NCBI GenBank assembly: GCA_039810425.1
Contig: JBDHWW010000010.1
Location: forward strand, 1-64,000
Direction of reading: 5' to 3'
Length of the DNA stretch: 64,000 nt
From: Pseudobdellovibrionaceae bacterium
Lineage (GTDB): Bacteria; Bdellovibrionota; Bdellovibrionia; Bdellovibrionales; Bdellovibrionaceae
Shown here: positions 48,105 through 56,518 of the stretch, in pieces
How the letters are laid out: each line of letters begins with the position of its first letter
How positions within the stretch are numbered: the first letter of the stretch is position 1
Made by a program: the position numbers and the translations under genes
Notes under the pieces: model-generated
Seen by the model: the letters and a program-made list of their open reading frames with translations, nothing else
What the model was told of the DNA's origin: nothing
Databases searched by the model: none

Positions 48105-49016
48105 CTACTTCCCGCCACCGTGAATGAAGCTCACGGCAACCGGCCCAAAAACCATGATAAATACCGCCGGCAAAATAAATAACATCAACGGAATCAGAAT
48201 CGCTTGAGAAGCCTTTGCACCGGCTTTCTCGGCTCTCACAAAACGTTCTAGGCGCATTTGAACTGATTGATCTTTCAAAACACGCGAAATGCTCGCGCCA
48301 CTGGCCTCGGCGTCAATCAACACCGCAACGAAGCTTGTGATCTCAGAAATATCCAAACGCTCTGACATGTCCTTCAAGGCTTGGGTTTTTGAGGCGCCGA
48401 TCTTCACGTCTTTAAGCACTGTTGCCAACTCATCCGCCAGGACACTGTCTGTGCCTTTGGCCTTGTCGACGATCTTTTGGATCGCCGCAAAAAAATCAAG
48501 ACCTGCTTCCACAGACAACGCGAGGAGGTCGATGAAGAACGGTAAATCACCGCGAACTGAAACCTCACGACGCTTCTTTTCCGCAGATGCATGCATCTGC
48601 GGGAACACGAATCCCCCTAAACCCATCGCGATCAAAAGAGGCATTGGCAAATCCAGTGCCAATGCAAAGTTCATCACAGCCAAGAACACCGGGAACATGA
48701 GCCCCCAAAGGATTTGCAAACCGATGAACTCATCTTCGTTCAACTCCGATGATAAGCCGGAGGTCAGAATATATTTGCGGACGCGCTTACGATAACTCGC
48801 ACTCTTTATTCGGAGCGCATGTTGCAGTGTGAATTGGTGAACAAGTGGCCGAGAGAAATTTATAATCGGCGATTTCGAAGTGCTAGGTTCACTGTTATTT
48901 GCCCAAGAGAGTTGCTGCGTGTCTTGATTGCTTGAAAACAAAGCAGAAATAAAGAGGTAGATACTGAGTCCTCCCAACACGAAGCCTGCAATGAGCATTA
49001 AATCTGCGCTTCCCAT
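48105..49016 (-). CDS. tadC: TadC-like type II secretion F family pilus platform protein
   Basis: LPFFIDLLALSVEAGL; GASISRVLKDQS..MR..R...AEKAGAKA...ILIPLMLFILPA. Confidence 0.9.
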   Translation of the reverse strand: MGSADLMLIAGFVLGGLSIYLFISALFSSNQDTQQLSWANNSEPSTSKSPIINFSRPLVHQFTLQHALRIKSASYRKRVRKYILTSGLSSELNEDEFIGLQILWGLMFPVFLAVMNFALALDLPMPLLIAMGLGGFVFPQMHASAEKKRREVSVRGDLPFFIDLLALSVEAGLDFFAAIQKIVDKAKGTDSVLADELATVLKDVKIGASKTQALKDMSERLDISEITSFVAVLIDAEASGASISRVLKDQSVQMRLERFVRAEKAGAKASQAILIPLMLFILPAVFIMVFGPVAVSFIHGGGK

Positions 49017-49044
49017 TTATCTCTCTTTGTGTTCAAGTTATGTT

Positions 49045-49647
49045 ATGTACCAATTAATTTTGGCATCTGAGTCTCCACGCCGCCGACAACTTCTCCAAAC
49101 CGCAGGTTTTGTCTTTGACGTACACCCAGTTAAAGTATCGGAAACACCTGATAAAAACCTGAATATTGATGAGCAGATTTTAGACATAGCTGGACGTAAG
49201 GCTATGGCGGCATTTTCCGAGATAAAATCTGCGTCCCATAAGAACTTCCTGCTGCTGGCAGCGGACACAATGGTAGTTTACCACAATCAGGTCCTCGGAA
49301 AACCTCGCAATCAGGACGAAGCGTACGATTTTTTAAAACTTTTGTCTGGAAAAACCCACGAAGTGAAAACAGCTTTGGTCCTTGTCGAAAGTCTGGGCGG
49401 CCAACAGGTGTCTCATATTGAGACTTCCCGAGTGATGTTTCGTGATTTGCATGATGATGAAATCTGGACCTACATCCAGTCTGGTGAACCCATGGATAAA
49501 GCCGGTGCGTACGCAATTCAAGGTCTGGGACGCAAGTTTGTGAAAGAGTTTGTCGGCGATTATGACAATGTCGTCGGACTTCCCGTCAAAGCTTTCGAAA
49601 ATATGTTGGTGAAAATGAAGTGGTCCGTCGAAAGAGTGGAAAAATGA
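49045..49647 (+). CDS. maf: Maf family nucleoside triphosphate pyrophosphatase
   Basis: LILASESPRR, AADT, GKP, DKAGAYAIQG, NVVGLP. Confidence 0.95.
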   Translation: MYQLILASESPRRRQLLQTAGFVFDVHPVKVSETPDKNLNIDEQILDIAGRKAMAAFSEIKSASHKNFLLLAADTMVVYHNQVLGKPRNQDEAYDFLKLLSGKTHEVKTALVLVESLGGQQVSHIETSRVMFRDLHDDEIWTYIQSGEPMDKAGAYAIQGLGRKFVKEFVGDYDNVVGLPVKAFENMLVKMKWSVERVEK

Positions 49648-50330
49648 GCCTCGAAGCCGTCCAACAAGAATGCAATGACCTTCTGAAAAAACTTCACCGC
49701 ACACGTGAGAGTTTAAAAATTCTCGCGGTGTCCAAATTACAGACCGTGGAAAAAATGCGCCGTTTGTATTCTGCCGGGCACACAATGTTTGCCGAAAACT
49801 ACGTGCAGGAGGCTCTTCTTAAGCAAGACACCCTGAAAGATCTCGATATCGAGTGGCACTTCATCGGCAGTTTGCAAAAAAACAAAGTAAAACAAGTGGT
49901 CGGAAACTTCGCGCTCATTCATTCCGTAGATTCGTTTGAACTGGCCCGCGCGATTTCGAGCCACGCTGAAAAAATCAAAACGACTCAGAAAATTCTTCTC
50001 CAGGTCAACCTCGCACAAGAAGTCACCAAAGGCGGCTACAGCCGCGAAGCCCTGATGGTTCAATGGTCAGAAGTCTCTTCTTTTCCCGGGTTGGAAATAA
50101 CCGGATTAATGACCATGCCTCCTCTAACAGATGATCCCGAGGACGTTCGGCCTTATTTTCGGGAGCTAAGGGACCTACAAATACAATTGCAACAGAATGG
50201 CGCGGGCAGACATCAACTGCACGAGCTATCCATGGGAACTAGCCACGACTATCATGTGGCTATAGAGGAAGGAGCTACCATTGTTAGACTGGGGACGATA
50301 CTCTTCGGAGAGAGGCCAAGGAAGAACTAA
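49644..50330 (+). CDS. yggS: PLP homeostasis protein YggS
   Basis: LAVSK, ENYVQE, WHFIGSLQKNK, GLMTM, LSMGTS.D. Confidence 0.96.
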   Translation: MSLEAVQQECNDLLKKLHRTRESLKILAVSKLQTVEKMRRLYSAGHTMFAENYVQEALLKQDTLKDLDIEWHFIGSLQKNKVKQVVGNFALIHSVDSFELARAISSHAEKIKTTQKILLQVNLAQEVTKGGYSREALMVQWSEVSSFPGLEITGLMTMPPLTDDPEDVRPYFRELRDLQIQLQQNGAGRHQLHELSMGTSHDYHVAIEEGATIVRLGTILFGERPRKN

Positions 50331-50340
50331 AGGACCAACA

Positions 50341-51171
50341 ATGAATCAACTCTTAAAGCGCCAGAAGATCGGCTTCCTCGGAGCCGGCAACATGGCCCAA
50401 GCGATCATGAAGGGTATGCTCGAAAGCGGTGTCGCCACCGCGGATCAAGTTCTGGCTTCGAACCGCACGCCTGGAAAATTGCAAAAGCTTGCGGACCAAT
50501 ACAAGATCCAAGTTATCGATAATAACGAGTCTCTCGTTGAAAACTCTGACATCGTCATTTTGGCCGTAAAGCCACAGGACTTACTCACGGCGATTGAACC
50601 GATCGCGAGTTCATTCAATGACGATCAGATCGTCATCAGCCTCGCGGCCGGCATCAAGATGGAAACTCTTGAAAAATATCTCCCAAATGCGCGCTTGGTG
50701 CGCATGATGCCGAATACCCCGTCCATTATCGGCCGTGGCGTGATCGGTTATCTTCTCAATGAATCCGACAATGCACTCGAAGCCATGATGGAAGATATGT
50801 GCTCGCCGCTCGGTTATACCCTCAAAGTTGAAGATGAAGACCAATTCGAAGCCCTCATGGTGTCTTGCTCGTCAGGAACAGGGTTTGTTCTGGAGATGAT
50901 GATGTACTGGCAGGATTGGATCGTTGAGCACGGGTTTGATGAAGAAACGGCTAAACGTATGACACTTGAGACCTTTATGGGAGCGTCCATGCTCGCCGCT
51001 CAATCCAAAGATGTTCCTTTTGAAGAGCTGCAAGCCCGCGTCACTTCTAAAAAAGGTGTGACGGCAGCTGGACTTCAGTCCATGAGAGAGCTCGAAATTG
51101 AACGTGCTTTGCGTATCAGCTTCGAAAAAGCGGCGATGCGAAGTAAAGAAATCTCTCGCGAAATTAAGTAA
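50341..51171 (+). CDS. proC: Pyrroline-5-carboxylate reductase
   Basis: GFLGAGNMA, LAVKPQ, RMMPNTP, VTSKKGVT. Confidence 0.94.
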   Translation: MNQLLKRQKIGFLGAGNMAQAIMKGMLESGVATADQVLASNRTPGKLQKLADQYKIQVIDNNESLVENSDIVILAVKPQDLLTAIEPIASSFNDDQIVISLAAGIKMETLEKYLPNARLVRMMPNTPSIIGRGVIGYLLNESDNALEAMMEDMCSPLGYTLKVEDEDQFEALMVSCSSGTGFVLEMMMYWQDWIVEHGFDEETAKRMTLETFMGASMLAAQSKDVPFEELQARVTSKKGVTAAGLQSMRELEIERALRISFEKAAMRSKEISREIK

Positions 51172-51246
51172 CAGGCTTTATCCTAAAAAGGAGATTTCAA
51201 TACCGTTTGGTATACTTTCGATTACTAATTTTTGGGGGAACTCAGG

Positions 51247-51777
51247 ATGAAAATTACTCCTATCGATATCGTTCATAAATCTTTCAACAAAAAAATGATG
51301 GGTATTGATGCCGATGAAGTGAACGATTTCATGGCGCAAGTCGCTGCACAAATGGAAGCTTTGATTCAAGAACGCAATTCTTTGAAAGAAACTCTTCGCG
51401 AAAAAGAACTCAGCCTTTTGGAGTACAAAGAGCGCGACCAGGTTTTGAAAAACACGATCGCAACAGCAACACAAATGACAGAGCGTCTGCGCCAGGATTC
51501 TGAGCGCGAGGCGAAACTGATCATTGCGGATGCCAATCAAAAAGCCGAGATCATCATGCGCGACTCTCGTGATTCGTTGAAGAAAATGTATCAAGAAATC
51601 ACTGAGCTGAAGCGTGCCCGTATGCAATTCGAAGCCAACTTGAAGGCCCTTGTCCAAGCGCACTTGACTCTCTTGGATCAAGGCGAGAAGTACATGCCGC
51701 AAATGCAGCTGCCAAATATGAACATGGCACCAACGGGCGATAAATCGACCGAGATTTCCCCGCTTTCCGCTCGCTAA
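51247..51777 (+). CDS. divIVA: DivIVA domain protein
   Basis: ITPIDIVHKSF.KKMMG.D..EV..F followed by coiled coil. Confidence 0.92.
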   Translation: MKITPIDIVHKSFNKKMMGIDADEVNDFMAQVAAQMEALIQERNSLKETLREKELSLLEYKERDQVLKNTIATATQMTERLRQDSEREAKLIIADANQKAEIIMRDSRDSLKKMYQEITELKRARMQFEANLKALVQAHLTLLDQGEKYMPQMQLPNMNMAPTGDKSTEISPLSAR

Positions 51778-52070
51778 TGATCACAAAGTCTGACAGAGGC
51801 GTGAGACTCACCCTCTTCATTCAGCCGAAAGCTTCAAAAAACGAAATCATAGGGCCCCACAATGGGGCCCTTAAAGTTAAGGTCACAGCTCCTCCCGTCG
51901 ACGGCAAAGCCAACGCGGAACTCGTTGAGTTTCTGTCAGACATTCTCGAAATTCCCAAACGCCAAATTGAAATTCTAAAGGGCGAAACCGGCCGCAACAA
52001 GTCCGTTGAAATCACCGGGCTCTCCGTCGAGGAAATCTCCGCCAAGCTGGCATTGAAGCAATCTCGCTAG
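51777..52070 (+). CDS. yggU: DUF167 (YggU) family protein
   Basis: QPKAS, APPVDGKAN, GETGRNK. Confidence 0.93.
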   Translation: MITKSDRGVRLTLFIQPKASKNEIIGPHNGALKVKVTAPPVDGKANAELVEFLSDILEIPKRQIEILKGETGRNKSVEITGLSVEEISAKLALKQSR

Positions 52071-52367
52071 CTGAAGGTATATCTAGCACTGCAAGCCTCG
52101 GAAGACCCTTCAGTTTCGCAGCCGTCATAGTAAGAATAATAAATACGGTTTAGGCCGGTTGTGATCTTATATTAAGGTGAGGACTATAAAGGTTTAGACA
52201 AATAAATTTTCCCTGTTGAACTTTTGGACAGAACCCAATCCCTCCAACTCACCAAATAGACTTCCTTCGCCCTAGCAACACATACGCGCCGTGGGCTCTC
52301 CTAATCCTTTTATTTCGACATCAATACTGGAAAAGTTGTGTTCATTCCTGGCAATTTTGAAAAGTCA

Positions 52368-53531
52368 TTAACTCGTCGGTTTTTTCTTACGTTTTCTTTT
52401 CAGTTTCAACTGAACCTCTCCGCCATCGCCGGCTTCGATCTGCGCTGGCGTCGGTTGTGGGCCGGCCTTTTTCATCGCGACATTATCAGCCGCGGGAGTC
52501 ATATCTCCGCCCGGGCGAGGAGCGGGTGCCCCCGGAGTGATGCCCTTTTTCTGGAAGAGTTTCTGGTTCACGCCGTCATCAGTCTCCTCTTTAAACTTCG
52601 GAACTTTTCTTTCGGAACTCAGGCCATCTTCTTGCGTGGAAACACCCGGCTTCATGTAGTAACTTGGCTCGCTATCCCAAGAGTACTTGATCGTCGCGCC
52701 CGCATGAAATCCCGCCGCTGTGTTTGAACCGGTGATTGTCGTACCACCACCCACCGTCAGTGCCCATGCGTTATCGAACTTAAACCGCACCCACGCTTCA
52801 GAATCGACGACGGACGGATTCACAGAATAGAAATACAAACTGGAAGCATTCACACGATCCGTAACGATGGTTCTTTGGATTTTATTTTTGGTATCCGGAT
52901 CGTCGGTCACGCTTTGATAACCAAAAACTTTTCCTCCCCAAGCCCACTTAGCATAATTGGCTTCAACACCTATGCCCCACGGGACCAAAGAGGACCGCGC
53001 CTGACGATAGGTCACTCCGGCGTAACCCAGAGCTGAAAAAGTCGTAAAGTCCTTTTGCGCGCGCAGTAAACCCGTCGCCTCAATCACGCCCTCGGAGTTA
53101 ATCGCGGTGTCGGTATTCTGGTCAGTTTTTTGGAAAGGAATGAGGACATTGAAGTCGGTAACGAGATCAAAGGCCTCATTGTACGGCCGATAGGCATAGC
53201 CTAAGTACGCCCCGGTCACCGACGAATTCGAACGAGCGGTCGTCAGGCCGTTACTTGTCGCATTGGCTAAATCCAGGCTACCGTAGAAAGAGCTATTTTT
53301 ACTGAAATCGTAGCTGGATTTCAGGTAAAAATTGAAAATCTCGAAAGATTGCCCGTAAAGCAGCTTTTGGTAAGAGCCGCCCCCATCCGTGTAATTTGCG
53401 TCCGTTTTGAAATACTGTGTCTCGGCCTCAAACTCGTACATTCCCTTGCGAAAACGTTGGTAATCGTCAAAGGCCGCCCAGGAGGTTTCCGCGGTGAGTA
53501 CTAGCAGACATAACATCATTGCAATTTTCAT
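52368..53531 (-). CDS. Probable outer-membrane beta-barrel with disordered basic C-terminal tail
   Basis: Signal peptide; aromatic amphipathic strands; tail ends LKLKRKRKKKPTS. Confidence 0.65.
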   Translation of the reverse strand: MKIAMMLCLLVLTAETSWAAFDDYQRFRKGMYEFEAETQYFKTDANYTDGGGSYQKLLYGQSFEIFNFYLKSSYDFSKNSSFYGSLDLANATSNGLTTARSNSSVTGAYLGYAYRPYNEAFDLVTDFNVLIPFQKTDQNTDTAINSEGVIEATGLLRAQKDFTTFSALGYAGVTYRQARSSLVPWGIGVEANYAKWAWGGKVFGYQSVTDDPDTKNKIQRTIVTDRVNASSLYFYSVNPSVVDSEAWVRFKFDNAWALTVGGGTTITGSNTAAGFHAGATIKYSWDSEPSYYMKPGVSTQEDGLSSERKVPKFKEETDDGVNQKLFQKKGITPGAPAPRPGGDMTPAADNVAMKKAGPQPTPAQIEAGDGGEVQLKLKRKRKKKPTS

Positions 53532-53572
53532 AACTCTCCCATATTAACAGGAATAGAAACGAGGTAAAGCAC

Positions 53573-54817
53573 TTGTCCACGCCCCCCAATAAATCCCTAC
53601 TCGGTATCATATTTTTCACCGTTTTCATCTACCTCGTCGGCTTTGGAATATTAATTCCAATCATCCCCATCCTTAGTCGTGAATTTGGCGCGACCGCGCT
53701 GCAGACTGGCCTTCTCATGTCGGTTTACTCGTTTATGCAGTTTATCTTTGCGCCCTTCTGGGGAAAGCTCAGCGACCGTTTGGGCCGACGTCCAATTTTA
53801 CTTTTCTGTCTCGCGGGGGAGGCCTTCTCTTACGTCGTATTTGCTTGGGCACGAAATTTAGAGTGGCTCTTCGTGGCCCGCATTCTTGCTGGCTTTTTCG
53901 GAGCGAGTATTTCCACGGCCTCTGCCTATATTTCCGACATCACGCCACCGAATGAGCGCTCTAAGGGCATGGCTTTGATTGGCGCCGCGTTTGGTCTGGG
54001 CTTTGTGGTCGGTCCGGCACTCGGCGGTGGTTTAGCCATTTGGGGCCAGCACATTGTGGAAGCTTACGAATTGCAAACAAATGTTCACCAATTCCAGATG
54101 AGCTTCTGCGCTTTGTGGGTCGGCGCACTCTGTCTCGGAAATTTTCTTTTTGGCTTGAAGTTCCTCAAAGAGTCGCTGACTGAGAAAAACAAAAATATCC
54201 ACAACAAGAAGCGCTTTCAATTGCTCGCCCATTACCTCGGACAAAAAACCATGGGCGCAATGTTGTCAGTCTACTTCCTTTCATCTCTGGCGATGTCAGG
54301 CATGGAAGCAACATTGATTTTATTCATGGGTGAAAAGTTCGGCTGGGAACTCAAGCAAGTCAGCTTCGGCTTTGCCTATATCGGCGTGATCACCGTGTTC
54401 TGCCAGGGCTTCCTCGTACGCCGCTTGATTCCGGTTCTGGGAGAGCGCAAAACTCTGCGCATCGGCCTGACCAGTTTCGCCATCGGCCTTACCGGAATCG
54501 CCTTTGCGCCAACCATTCCGTGGATGGGCGTGACCATGACTTTCTTAGCCATCGGCACAAGCTTCACAAATCCTTCCGCGTTGGGAAGTATCAGCTTGCT
54601 CGCTGGCGCCGCTGAACAAGGCGTTACCATGGGGGTGGCACAGAGCTTGGCCTCTTTGGGGCGTATCTTGGGCCCGGCTCTCGGCGGCCTCATCTATGAG
54701 AAGATTTCAATCTCTTCACCGTTTATCATTTCAGGATTCATGGCACTGGCGGGCCTCGTGACGGTCCTATTGATTTCAAAACACCTGCCTGATTCAGGCA
54801 AAAAGGCAGCGACGTAA
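53573..54817 (+). CDS. MFS transporter (TetA/DHA1-like)
   Basis: GKLSDRLGRRP motif A; GFVVGPALGG motif C. Confidence 0.94.
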   Translation: MSTPPNKSLLGIIFFTVFIYLVGFGILIPIIPILSREFGATALQTGLLMSVYSFMQFIFAPFWGKLSDRLGRRPILLFCLAGEAFSYVVFAWARNLEWLFVARILAGFFGASISTASAYISDITPPNERSKGMALIGAAFGLGFVVGPALGGGLAIWGQHIVEAYELQTNVHQFQMSFCALWVGALCLGNFLFGLKFLKESLTEKNKNIHNKKRFQLLAHYLGQKTMGAMLSVYFLSSLAMSGMEATLILFMGEKFGWELKQVSFGFAYIGVITVFCQGFLVRRLIPVLGERKTLRIGLTSFAIGLTGIAFAPTIPWMGVTMTFLAIGTSFTNPSALGSISLLAGAAEQGVTMGVAQSLASLGRILGPALGGLIYEKISISSPFIISGFMALAGLVTVLLISKHLPDSGKKAAT

Positions 54818-55161
54818 TGGCTCAATCGATTGGTTTTTTCCAGTTTGACAATCTCGTCCGGGGACGTGTGGGATTTGTATTTGTGAATCTCGGCATCGAT
54901 ACCAATCCCGTTTATCCACACGTTTTTAAAATGCACTTGGAACAAAAGCTTTTACAATTACCTAAAGGCGACTTAGCCAACGCCAGCGACGAGCAGATCC
55001 TTTCCGCAATGAATGAACAGCCGAAAGAATCCGCTGTGATTGTGTTAGATCAAAATGGCGCACGCGCGGAATCGCTCGCCAAAGCCCTCGAGGCCGCGGG
55101 ATTTATTAACACCTTTTACCTTAAAGGCGGCTGGAACCAGTTCCTGAAAGACCGCGCTTAG
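54817..55161 (+). CDS. Rhodanese-like domain protein
   Basis: IVLDQNG.RA...LEAAGF...LKGGW; TAATG-coupled to the MFS gene. Confidence 0.75.
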   Translation: MAQSIGFFQFDNLVRGRVGFVFVNLGIDTNPVYPHVFKMHLEQKLLQLPKGDLANASDEQILSAMNEQPKESAVIVLDQNGARAESLAKALEAAGFINTFYLKGGWNQFLKDRA

Positions 55162-56282
55162 ATTCGTTCCATAAAATCGTACTGAGCCTTGATCTTTCCC
55201 CCCAGGCTCACAAGCTTCTGCCAGCTTGCGCCGACTAAAATCTTCTTCGCAGAATGCCCGACTTCTTTTTCAAAAACTTCAACTGCTTCTTTCGCAGAAT
55301 CCGCGTTCATTTGCAGAATCACGAGTGTGCCTGTCGAGGCCGCATGGTAAGCAGCGGAGTAAATTTCTTTCTCAAGTCCGTAAGTCAAACCAAGCCCCAG
55401 GCAAATCACACTCGGACCCGCCATAGAGATCGCCTCGAAGTTGCGGTCAAAATCTTCTTTATCGCGTGAAGAGTATTCCACTTGGTTAATGCCATCGATC
55501 ACCAGTGACGTTGCGTTTTCCAAAGTGAAGATCACACGGTTTTGCTTCTTCATTTCGTTCATCAACGCATAGACCGTCGTCGTTTTTCCAGAACCTGTGG
55601 GTCCTCCCACGATGATGAGGCCCTTCTGTGCATCGGACCACTTCTTTAACATGGTCTTCTGCTCGGGCTCCAAACCAATCTGCTCAAAGTCAAAGTACGC
55701 AAGCTTCGGTTGCAGCAACGACAATGTTAGACAAGGCCCGGACACGGTTTCTACTTTTTGATAACGAATCTGCAGCACATCTTCTTCGCTGCGGTGAAGA
55801 TAAATGCGGCGCGAATGCCCGTTCTTAATAGGTGTGGAATGATCCATCCAGAAATCGTCCATCAAGCGGAAAACACCCTCTTCGATTTTGGTGATCTTTT
55901 CATAGCCGCTCTTGGCGTTGCGATAGGTGATCTCGTACTTGCCAAGACTTGGAGAAAAATGAATTTCGCTGCAGCCGTGGTCAAAGGCATCCCAGATCAG
56001 TTTTTCTGGCAATTCGTTTTGTAGATTCATGGTGGGTCCCTCCTTGGAACGTAAATGAGCTCTCTTTCCTAAGAACTCTGTTAGTTGCAAAATTTCTTTC
56101 TGGAGCTGAATCTTTGGTGCCTTCCCAGAGACATGCAGGTCTAGTTCATCCCGCAAAAACCTCCACTGACGGCCGAGCTTATGAGCCGGCACCTTTCCCG
56201 ACTGCAGCCACTTATAAAGCGTGCTGGGAGTTGTCTTTAGAAAATTAACGGCTTCGTCAAAGTCCAGGTATTCATTATCCAT
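55158..56282 (-). CDS. Excisionase-like HTH fused to degenerate PilB/GspE-family ATPase
   Basis: YLDFDEAVNFLKTTPSTLYKWLQSGKVPAHKLGRQWRF; SEIHFSP; GLIIVGGPTGSGKTTT; GINQV. Confidence 0.85.
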   Translation of the reverse strand: MDNEYLDFDEAVNFLKTTPSTLYKWLQSGKVPAHKLGRQWRFLRDELDLHVSGKAPKIQLQKEILQLTEFLGKRAHLRSKEGPTMNLQNELPEKLIWDAFDHGCSEIHFSPSLGKYEITYRNAKSGYEKITKIEEGVFRLMDDFWMDHSTPIKNGHSRRIYLHRSEEDVLQIRYQKVETVSGPCLTLSLLQPKLAYFDFEQIGLEPEQKTMLKKWSDAQKGLIIVGGPTGSGKTTTVYALMNEMKKQNRVIFTLENATSLVIDGINQVEYSSRDKEDFDRNFEAISMAGPSVICLGLGLTYGLEKEIYSAAYHAASTGTLVILQMNADSAKEAVEVFEKEVGHSAKKILVGASWQKLVSLGGKIKAQYDFMERI

Positions 56283-56318
56283 GAATAATATTAACTATCC
56301 GTGATTATCCATTGTCAA
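56274..56318 (-). promoter_or_regulatory. Promoter with 10-bp-phased GGATA direct repeats
   Basis: TTGACA at 56318-56313; GGATA starting at 56310, 56300 and 56280. Confidence 0.55.
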
Positions 56319-56518
56319 TTCAGACCTTACCAAGGTCGGTGTTGAGCGCTCTTGCTAAAATGTTGCTCTATGTCGACCCCTAACCACCTGTTCTCTCTAT
56401 ATTTTTTTCAGGAATCCGAAGAAGAAACAGTGAATTTGTCCGCTTTTGACCGTAAATGCACAAGAATTCACCTTCTAATGCTTGCGTATGAGGCCCCCAG
56501 CGATTAGACCGACCCTGC

